A stretch of 64,000 nucleotides of DNA, taken from assembly GCA_051362555.1 (NCBI GenBank), contig CM120648.1:8180587-8244586 (forward strand), in the 5' to 3' direction. Below, piece after piece: positions 26,501 through 37,746 of this stretch. The translations under genes were made by a program, and so were the position numbers. The notes under the pieces were generated by a model that was not told the DNA's origin, ran no database searches, and saw only the letters and a list, made by a program, of their open reading frames with translations. Source of the DNA: Lingula anatina (Eukaryota; Animalia; Brachiopoda). Every line of letters starts with the position of its first letter. Within the stretch, counting starts at the first letter, position 1.

Positions 26501-29500
26501 ACAGACTTTTATCTCAAAGACCAATTGTTTAACTAGTTAAGCAGACTGTCAGTACAGGTAGGTTTTTTGAAAGGTGACTGGCAACTTTGATCAAAGGTTT
26601 AAGATTAAACCAGTTAACAGCTCTGACTAATTTACATGTTTATCAGCTAGCCTGCTTTGTTCAAGATTTAGGTTACAACATAGTCCTCAATAAAAAACAC
26701 CACAGTAAATCCCTGCAAAACATTATATTTCAAAGTAATTACCAGACTCCTATTCTTTTGCTTCCCCTTTCTTAAAGAATACCATAAGATGTAATTTTTA
26801 AGTTCTTTTTCTTACTAAAAATTATTATAATTTCAAATTTTATTTTTTAAGTCTGCATTTATCCCCATCCAACACACCATAATAAGATATTAAAGTAAGT
26901 TTTTAAAATTTCAAATTAACAGGGTTTATGATGAAGAGCCAATTGGTTCTACCTGTAGTTTAATAAGTTAGTTTTATAAGTCAACTGTTTAAATTAACAA
27001 TAAGATGTTACTGAAGTGTGTTTTATCAAAGAACTATCTAGACATTTAAGGCTTACATTTATTGAAGAAAGTTGTGAATTTTATGATGTTGGGTATCCAA
27101 ACAAACGAAGTAAATGAAATTTCTTTAAAATATGTAATGGGGAAAAATATAAGGCAGAAAAGAAAAGGTTTTAACTAAGTTTTTTATTTGAAACAGAAAA
27201 AACCTGTCTCATAATCTCCAAGGGCATTGTTTTTTATGCACAACACTAAAATGAATGAGGAAAAAAAAACAACAAAATAAGGCATACTAGCTGATTAACA
27301 AGTTCATTAGTGAGGACTATTAACCAGTTTTATTAAAAACCTTTGATCACAGTTGCCAGTCACCTTTCAAAGCACACTACCTGTACTGACAGTCTGCTTA
27401 ACTAGTTAAACAATTGGTCTTTGTGATAAAAGTCTGTGACAGGTTTAACAGGTAAAAGATCTGAAAACAGGTGATGAAAGTCTTTGATCTTAACTGGGCC
27501 TCATTAAGGTAGGTCACCTGACCTCTTAATCATTTCTCCCTATTCATCAAACTTCAATCCTGAAACCCAAAATGAAGCCATTTTTTTCTTGAAAAATGTG
27601 AAATTTTTGACTAAATTCCCTGGCTATATAAAGACCTGACCACCACTGACTGAACATCACTTGAGTTTCAACTCTCTACAAGACAGTTGTTCTCCACTTT
27701 TCTCCAGTTTGCCAAAATGGAAAACCAGACCAGTTTTGATCACAGTGACAGTGACCAGTGGATGGATGACAGCTTTGATTCAGAAGATGACGCGTATGAT
27801 TTTCAGTTCACTGATTCCAGCTTGTTTGAAGATGGTTGTCTGCCAGATCTTGACTTTGTAAATGATCAACTGATCATTATGCATGGCAAGTTCAGCCAGG
27901 CTTTAAAACAACTACAGTTGCTAGAGAACCACATCAAGGGCCTCCAGGAACGCTATCAGAGAGCTACAAAGACCAGCAGACCTGCATCTCGCTACAACCT
28001 TCGTCTGCAGATCACCACTCTCTTTGGTGTGAAGCAGATGATCTATGAGTATGCACTGCGGGTTTCTGAAGAGGCAGAAGCTATCCAGAGGTCTCAGTAT
28101 AGACAGTGCATTCCTGAGTCAGAGCTTTAAATGTTGTCTGGCTTTCATTTAAAAGGCCCTTTTCAGGGCCACCACATCCCTCTTAGAAAAGCTATACTAG
28201 ATAATCAATGAATATGTTCTGCGAGTCTCTGGAAAAGTGGAGGCAGTGCAGAGGTCACAGATTAGTCTGTGTACTTTGGAGTTCAAACTTTGTTTACTGA
28301 ATATGTCGTGTAATACCAAAGGCCCTTTTCAGTGCTGCAAATGTTACCTAGAAACTTCAAAGGCTATGCCAAATGGCCCATTTATAAATTAGATAAAAAA
28401 AGAGGTCTTTTGAATTAAATATCATTTTAAGGTTAAGATAGAAAATATTTATTCATTTTTTTTTATTTGTACAGTCTTTAAAGCAAGTAAATCATAAATG
28501 TATACTTACTATGTACTTTTTTTAAAAAGTATTTCTTGTCATTTTAGGCCATGAAGCAATGGTGGGAGATTAAATCAAAACATTTTGACACTGTGTTGTT
28601 CTTCAAGGTAAGAAAACTACAATTTATATACTACATCTGTCTTCCAGTAGTGCAAAAGTAAACATTTTGGATTTACAGTAATGACAGTTTGTATGGGAAA
28701 AAAATGGTGCAATATTCAGTGGTGGATTGAGGCTGTCTTCTGCGTCTTCTGGAAAACGGTCAAATTTTCAATTTTGCATTGACGGGTATCTAACTTCTTC
28801 TGTCAGCAGACGGTCAAAAAGGGAGGATGAATCAGCAAACTGGCCCTGATATTTTTGGTCTTTCTCTTGTCAGGTTGGCAAGTTCTACGAGCTGTACCAC
28901 ATGGACGCTGTCATAGGGGTGACTGAGCTGGGACTGATGTATATGAAGGTATAGTGCAGGGGTGGATTTAGGCCATCTTATGGGTCTTCCCGGAAGACGG
29001 TCAGATTTTCAAGTTTACAATGACGGGTATCTACTGTTTTTCTGTTGGAAGACAGTCAAAATAGAGGATGCATCAACAAAGATAATTTGGAAGGCTGTCT
29101 GAAAATATCTCTGGATCCGCCCCTGTAGTGTTGGAGGCAAATTTCAAGAAAAAGTGTGAAATTCTAGATGTAGGAAAGAGTGCTCTTCACATTTTTAGTG
29201 TCAATTCCCATCATTTGAAGATGTTATGTATTTTCAACATCTTGTTGGAATACTAATCGGCACATGTTGAGAACTGAGATGATGCCAATCTTAGGCCTGT
29301 TGTTATGAGAGTCAAAAAGTAGATCATTGTATTCTATGTATCACAAGAGTATCTTATCCTTATGTTATAAATGAAGTGAAATACAATAAATTACAAAACT
29401 CAAACCATAACTTAGCTATCATTCTGCCTTTTAATGAAATTTATTTATTATTTTTATGATAATGATGATTACTGTTATTAATTATTGATTTTTTTCTAAC

Positions 29501-32500
29501 CTCCAGGGCAATTTTGCCCACTCGGGTTTCCCAGAGATTGCCTACAGTCGCTATGCCGATACCTTGATCCAGAAGGGGTACAAAGCAGCCAGGGTGGAAC
29601 AGATGGAGTCACAGGAGAGTGCTGAGGAAAAAGGTATCACTTTTGGTCTTGATTGTTAGCAGTTTATAACTTTATTGGTCCTACATGCTATAGCCTTGTT
29701 CATTGTTTTTGGTAGATGGTTTAGAATTACTGATCCATTGGAAATAAGCATTTGATCACAAACTATTGTGATTAGATATTTTAGTCAAGTAGGGGTGGTT
29801 GGGAGGGGGGGGGGGCTATGGTTTAATTTCTACATATTTTCAGGCCAAATGCTTAGCTGTGTGTTGTTGAACCATGTACGTATGATTGAATTTTATAATT
29901 GTTGTCAGTTTCGTCATGCTCACATTATAAATGTTTAAGGAAATGTCTTTATTGTACATGGGGTAGAGGGTGGAGTATCCTTGCTGACTGTGGTAAGTTT
30001 ATCATGGTCAGATAAGAGTATTGGAGTAAGAAGGGTCAGCCTAAATTGTATGTGAATGCGCTTTTTGTCCGTAATATACCTACAGTAAGCCTGTGAATTC
30101 CAGCTGCTGGCAAGGCCAACAAACTGATGCAGAGAGAACTGTGTAGAATCACTTCCAAAGGCACAAAGACCTTCAACTTCATGGATGGGGACAGTACAGA
30201 GAGTGGGAGTGATTACCTCTTGGCGATAGCAGAAAAGGTGCTTTTGAACCCATTTAGAAGAGCGGACTAACAAATCCATGGATCAAACATGGTGACCCAC
30301 GAAAAAGCTTGCTACTTTATTCCTGATTAGACACTGAATAGATTCCCAGCAGGGATTACGCAAGAAGCATTCAAGTGGGTCGGCCATATTTGATCCGCGG
30401 ATCTGTTAGTCTGCTGTCCTGAATGTGCTCTTTGTGGTTTCAATTGATGTAGACCCATGGTGTCTGTGAGAATGAGGCCTTAGAGCATAAGTGTGAATTG
30501 CCCGATTTTGAAGTTTTCTTTGCAGCATGAAAATATATTAAAGCTTAATGCATGTAGCATATTTTTATTTAAAATTTTCATAATTTTCAGAACAGTGAGG
30601 AGAGTTCTGGAGGTGAAAGCACCTATGGAGTGTGTTTTGTGGATACCTCTATTGGAAAATTCCACGTGAGTCACTTCACTTTTTCAAAACATGAAAATTC
30701 TGATTTTATAGAAATAATTTTTTTGTCCAAATATATATATTACATTTTCATTGCTTGCTTTGCATTAGAGTTATAACCACAGTTGAGAAACATTGGGACT
30801 TTTTGGTTGTTTTAAAAATGGATTTAACCCAGGAAGCGATCACAATGCTGTTTAACTTTCAGATTGGTCAGTTTTCTGATGACCGCCATGGGTCAAGACT
30901 GAGGACGTTGGTTTCACACTTTAGACCAGCTGAAGTAAGTATTTGCTACACTGTACACTTGTTCATCAATAAACAAACAGAGTTTCATTATTAATAATTA
31001 TAATTATAAATATCAAAAAACTTTTAAGTGAAGATTTCCCCTGGTCCAATGTAGCAGGTGTAGATTAAAAAAAAAAAAGAAATTAATTTTCAGATACTGT
31101 ATGAAAGAGGGCATATATCCCAAAAAATGCAGCAAATCTTCAATGGTCACCTGACGTCTGCTCTCAAGGAGGCCTTGACCTCTGGTACTGAATTCTGGGA
31201 TAGCTCCAAGACCCTCAAGTTTTTATCTGAAGGAGACTATTTCCTTCCTGGAGGAGAGAATAGTGAGAAATTTCAGTGGCCTCAGGCAATCAAGGCTATG
31301 ATATCTGAGAGTAAGTTCTACATTGTATTTTTCAGTATCAAATCTCTTTCATTTTTGAATTTTTTTAAATTGATTGATTTTTAATTGTGAACATCTTTTG
31401 TGATGAATTCTGAGTCTAGTGATACATAACAAGTGATTAAAACAAGTAAATGGAGAAATTTTAATGAATTTAATGAACATGTATATAAAGGTCAAGCTGT
31501 TTAATGCTGCTGTATTCTCTCTCTCTCTCTCTTTGTGTGTTAATGGAGGTTTTTTTGTAATTTTCTTTTATGGATTAGTGCTATTTGTTAAATTGTATTG
31601 TTTGATTTCAGCTGACAGCTTAGGACTGACAGCCTCTGATGAGTATGAATTAGCAATAAAGGCATTAGGTGCAATTACTTGGTAAGAAATCATGATCTAT
31701 CTTAAATGTTTATAAAATAGCAAATTAACCTAATTTTTTTTCAAGACTTTTCAAGTTGTCCCTTTTGATTCATATCTCTATTCATCAGTTATGTTCTCTC
31801 GCAGCCTGTTTCGGTATGCCAATTAATTTTTGTAGGTAAATAGTTCTTGAAACAGTTCAAAGTTGATACTTGCAACACCAACCTGAGGGAGTTGACAAAA
31901 TGAGTTTTACAGTTTAAATTTTAACTGAAAAAGACCAAAAACACAAGTCTTTTTGTGAATCAGGCACAAAATATTATATATACTATAATGTGAGATTTTG
32001 TCTTTGAAGCTGAGAGCATTTATCCCATTTGACCAGATGAGAGACACACGTATGATGCTTATTACTTTAATATTGACAGGTATCTGTGCAAGTGTTGCAT
32101 AGACCAGGAACTGTTGTCTATGAAGCAGTTTGAAGAGTACACTCCTCTGGATCAGAAACAGAACAAGAAAGGAGTGGAGTTTGCATCAGGGAAACAGAAA
32201 ATGGTAATGATGAAGTAGTTTTTTCTGTCTGTTTGTCTTTCTTCCTCTTAATCTTCTTTTTGTCTCTATAAGCAAAATAATTGCATGTAGTAATGTTCTA
32301 TGCATTTTAGTTATCCAGTCATATTTTACATAAAAGAAACGTAATAAATCTATTACTGAACTTACAAATTTGTCTAGTTGATGATATTGTGTCTCCTTCT
32401 TGGAGACTTCAGCCAGTCTACTGAGAATAGATTACGTAACAAGACCGAGAATAATATATCAGTTTTCTCAGAGGACCAGCTGAAGTCTTTGAAAAATGTA

Positions 32501-35500
32501 CACATATTTGATAATTTTGATGGAATTTTTTTTTACCACTGCTCAGGTGCTGGATAGCGTGACCCTGTTCAATCTGGAGGTGATGGAGAACAGTGTCACT
32601 GGGACCACAGAGGGCACCTTGCTGGAGAGATTGGACCAGTGTGTCACGCCATTTGGTGAGTTCTCCACACCTTCTTACTCAGGGGCGGATTTAGGGCGTC
32701 TTCTGGGTCTTCCGGAAGACGGTCAGATTTTCAAGTTTACATTGACGGGTATCTATTTTTTTCTGTCGGAAGACGGTCAAAAATGAAGAACGGATCAACA
32801 GAGATAATTTGGAAGACTGTCAAAAAATATCTCTGAATCCGCTCCTGTAACTCCCCCCCCCCCCCCGCTCCTCCCCTTTCTCCTTTCTCGCCCTCATTGT
32901 CAAATTCCTTGTAAACACCATAGTTCTACTTTCCTTTAGGTATTCATAATCATTTTTTAAATAATTGTACAAAAAGCCAACTTTTATTATTGTAGGAAAG
33001 AGGCTGTTCCGTCAGTGGCTTTGCGCCCCCCTCTGCAATCCGTCTGCAATTGATGACCGTCTTGATGCTGTAGAGGACCTAATGGCAGCACAAGATGTTG
33101 TAACTGAAGTGATGGAACTGATGAAGAAATTGCCAGACTTAGAAAGACTTCTCAGCAAGTAAGGATATCCATCCCTGACCATAATTTTGTATTTTTAAAA
33201 GATGAGGCCTTTTAGTTTTATTATTATCATTTATTTCAATATATTTTATCTCACTTTTAATGTTAGGTTGTAACCTTCTTTTTATCTTTGTGATTATTTT
33301 GTTTGAACAATTGTCAAGTGGGATTCCTGTCGTTATTTTGGTTAACAATCATCAAATGGGATTCCTGTCCTCCTTATAGAATCCACACCTTGGGTAATGC
33401 CAGCAGAAGCAAGAACCACCCTGACAGCAGAGCCATCTTCTATGATGATGTCACCTACAGGTAAAACTCATTATAAATACCCACATCTGTGAGCCACAGG
33501 ATGAGCTGCTTGTAGTTTGCCATAACAAGGGTATGGTGAAAGAATTGTGCTATGTAGATTGATCTAACTACATAGTTGCTGAACGTAATCAGATTAACTA
33601 CATGTAAATGGCACTCTTTAGTTTAAGGACCTAGGAGGTTGTTTACTTTTCTGTGCCTTGGCTTCTGGAAGTTTTTTTTTTCGCTTTCTTTGAAGTGCAA
33701 CGGAAAACACAAGAAAGTTTATCACCCACTAGCCACCGGAAGAGGTGTGTCATTCAGTTAATCTGTTTGCATTCAACAGAGTTGGATTGATCTACATAGA
33801 ATGATACTTTCATTAGGAGCACACCCTAAGTTACATTAAGCAAATACATGTGTATATCTGTAGTAACTATTAAAATAATGCAATTATGATTTCTCTTTTT
33901 TACAGTGTTAAAAATATAAGATATATCAATTCAAGAACAATTCAAAATTTTATTTTATTGTTTTGGATAATTCTAATAATATTAATGATTGATGTTTTTG
34001 CAGTAAGAAGAAGATTGAAGATTTCCTTGCTACTTTAAATGGATTCAAAGCAACACAAGACATTGTCCTTAAATTTAAAGGCAAAGGTCAAAATTTCAAG
34101 TAAGTTGTAAGTTTTTCTAATGTTCTTTACTGAAGATGTAAGTTTATTTTCATTTTCCATAGCTAGTAAGATAACATAATTTAGTTGTTTTACGGGGATG
34201 GGGGGTTACTATCAGTCATTTTATAGAGGTAGGTAAGGAAAACTGAGTAAGCCAAGTTAAATATTTAAAAACCGGTAGTATTCCTCAATATTACATGGTA
34301 TGCAGTCTTTTTTTTTTTCAATTATTTTGTTACCTCTGTAGAATTTTTATGAGTTTGAGCCCCATATCTCTAAGTATGTAACTTGACATTATAGGTCAAG
34401 ACTCCTGAGGCAGTTGGTGACAGTGCAGAAAAGTGACACGAGTAACTCAGCAAAGTTCCCTGATCTGGTGGAGAAGTTACGCTTCTTTGATGTGAGTAGT
34501 TTTAATTTTTCTCATTTTCAAGTATATAATATTTCACATGGCAGTGTTTTTTTCTGTGCTCGATCTGTGCATGGTGATTATATTATGTACATTCAAAATC
34601 ACTGTCAGACTAAATCATTGACTCATATTAAAATACACATTTACAGAATTTGGTTTATAAAATTATACAGTTATTTCACACCTGTTTCTACCTGTAGCAA
34701 GCATTTGACCAGCAGAAGGCCAAGGCCCAGGGGGTCATTGTCCCCTCCAAGGGGGTAGATCCCGAGTATGACCAGTCCCTGGATGATATTAAGTCCACTC
34801 AGGCCAAACTGGACACTTATCTTGACCAGCAGAGACAAAGGCTTGGATGCAGGGTAAGGGTTGGATAGGATTGATAAAGTTAGCAGATCAAAGTTGGTCA
34901 ATTGTGTGTGTGTGAGTACAAATGGTATGTACTTGTATGCTGCAATGTTAGTTATAGGGATTATACCCAAAGATGGAAAAAATTAAATTTATATGCAATA
35001 TCAGATTTATTAACTACAACTATTAGTAAGATTGGTAAGTAAACATTTATGCTGCAGAATGATCACTTTTAGAAAATTTTAATCTTAAAATATTTAGAAG
35101 ACTGAATTATTTATTTAATAAGTCCCCAAAAGAGCAACAAAAAGTATGTACATTTCAAGGAAAAATTCACACCTCTTGTATCAGATTTGAAATGCGGAAA
35201 CATTTACATGTATATGTGATTAAAACAAATGTAAGCACATACACAATGACAGTACATAAGGATAAAGAAATTGCTAATCATGCTTATGGGGTTTTATTAT
35301 TTCAGTCCTTGCAATACTGGGGCACTGGCAAGAATCGCTACCAGTTAGAGGTCCCTGAGGGAGTGCTCCAGCGTGTCCCAGACGAGTACGAGTTTGAGTC
35401 CCAGAAGAAGGGATTCAAGCGCTATCGCACCAAGAGGATCATGGGATTGCTAGCTGAAATGGAGGCCGCGGAGACCAGGAAGGTGGACGCACAGAAGGAC

Positions 35501-37675
35501 TGCATGAGGAGGATTTTTAATAGTTTTGACGAAAAGTAAGAAATGATTTTTTTAAAAATTAGTCATTTCTTAAATATTTGTATTTGTTCTCTCTTTGATA
35601 CTGACAAGAATGGCTTTTTTCACACATTATGCTGTAAACCTTTTTATTTATTTTTTGCTAAGAGGTACAAATAATAATTACAGTAAAGTTTGTTTAACAA
35701 TACTGAGCTGATTTAGCAGTTTTAAGTTTGACTTTAATTTTATGGAAACAATGTACGTCCTTCAAACTGGGCATGAGCTTTTTGGTAGACTTTTTCCAGA
35801 ATTACAACCTTCACTCACAAGGCACTATAATTATATAATCATCGAGCATAGTCATAAGAGATAACATCCAGTTTCATTTGACCCAAAGGGACATTTAACA
35901 CCAGGCTATCACCAATATCACTTGTGATTTAAATATATTTCCAGTTACACTAGCTGGCACTCCGCTGTACAGTGTATGGCTGTACTGGACGTGTTAATCA
36001 ACATGGCCGCCTACAGCAGATGTGGAGATGGGGTCATGTGCAGACCACAGCTAGTACTCCCTGAGGACCAAGACCAGGTAGGCACGAGATGGACGATCAT
36101 TTGTCGTTGCTATGTATGCACACATTCACACAAACACACTTCCAGTAAGAGTTCATTTTTGTTTGCAGAGTTTGATCTCTGATAAACAAGCCTTGAAGGA
36201 TGCATTCCAGGGAATGTATCCATTTAGTTGCCAGTGCTCGGGAATTCCTCAAATTTGTCTTTAATATGGTAATAGAGGGGGGATCACAACAGAATGTTGT
36301 TGCTAATGCTTATAGCATAGGCCCACTCTGGCATATATAGATTTGCAAAGTACTGAAGCTAAGTCTCTGTTCACGACCAAGTTGAGCCAGGCATAACTGA
36401 GCTGCGGCTCAAATATAACCCACATGAAAGCATGCCACATTAGCCCTGCAGGATGTGGGAGGCAGGGAATCTATTAGGGGATTAGAGGCATTAGATATTT
36501 CCAAGTGCGTGTCGTATTTGAGCGGCAGTTCAGTTAGGCCATAGCTCAACTTGGTTATGGACAGTCTAAGATATTCTCTACTGCTTATGTAAATGTACAT
36601 CACAATTTGTAAATTGAGTATCTTCATTCTTGTAATGATTTTTTTTTTTTATTAACTATCTAAAACCTTCTTGATTTGGCAGCCATTTTTGGAGTTGAGA
36701 GAAGCTCGTCATCCATGCATCAGTGCCACCTTCAGTGGGGGAGACTTCATTCCAAATGACACGGTGATTGGCTGTCACGATGTATGTGAGATTTTTCTTT
36801 GAATAATGTTACAGTAGCAAAATATGGTTCACATCACAGTTTCCCGTCAAATTAATCATAAAAATTAATTTCATGCAGTTTCTTTTAAAATAAGTTTTGT
36901 ATTTTTAAACTGCAGCATGTCGATTGAGAGGTTAAAGTGAATTTATTTGAATGAATTTTTATAATTCATGAAATTTGTTTTAGGACAACGCCATGGAAAC
37001 AGATGGCATTGATCACTCTGACAGCAGTATCGTCCTGGTAACAGGGCCTAACATGGGGGGAAAGTCCACTCTCATGAGACAAGTTGGTGTCATTGTCATT
37101 ATGGCTCAGTTGGTATGTGAAGTTCACATCAGGGTTGTTCGAGGGGGATTTGGTATTTGGAGAGAAGGGGAAAAGGCGTGGGACGGAAATCTCTAATGTT
37201 CAAAAACATTTTTATGCTGAGTAAAAATAGTGTGAATGTATAGTTGAATCCTTAGTATACACTTATAGTTGTGAAGAAATTTTGGTGAGAGGTATTTATG
37301 TTAAAAATTTCAATTCCCTTAACTTAAATTGAGATAACACATGTTAGCAGAGAAATACAAACTACAGGCTGTCTGCCAGACTTTTTTTACACTTACTTCA
37401 CCTCTATCCGCAGGGTGTGTATGTCCCAGCTGAAAAGTGCAGACTTACCCCTGTTGACAGGGTGTTCACAAGACTTGGTGCTAGTGACAGAATTATGTCA
37501 GGTATACATTTGTTCTCAATTTTATGGAATTTGGTCAATTTGGCCAAAAAAATTAGCTGCAGCAAAGGAAAAGTGAGAAAATTATTTGAACCTTATCATT
37601 TTCTTTTATAATTTCATCATTGATCTGGTAGACCATTTGTTATTTGGCTGAAAGTGAATAAATATAAGTGCTTGA

Positions 37676-37746
<71 letters not shown>

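Larger units (their letters stand above)
25745..28195. repeat. Long inverted repeat (arms ~25745-26650 and ~27287-28195, spacer ~640 bp) in MSH6 intron 9
   Basis: The arms are near-identical reverse complements over the ORF, 3' signal and proximal promoter, and more diverged distally. Confidence 0.95.

Noticed and set aside
27661-27861. Overlapping 66-aa ORF (and its twin at 26078-26278)
   Set aside because: TTG start in an alternative frame of the real ORF; it is duplicated only because the whole region is duplicated.
25803-28130. Interpretation of the nested ORFs as histone genes
   Set aside because: No histone-fold motifs, no K/R-rich tail, and the protein is net acidic.
25745-28195. Interpretation of the inverted repeat as a foldback or DNA transposon with long TIRs
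   Set aside because: No TSD or transposon-type termini were seen, and the arms are complete TATA-ORF-stem-loop gene units. Mobility of the unit is not excluded.
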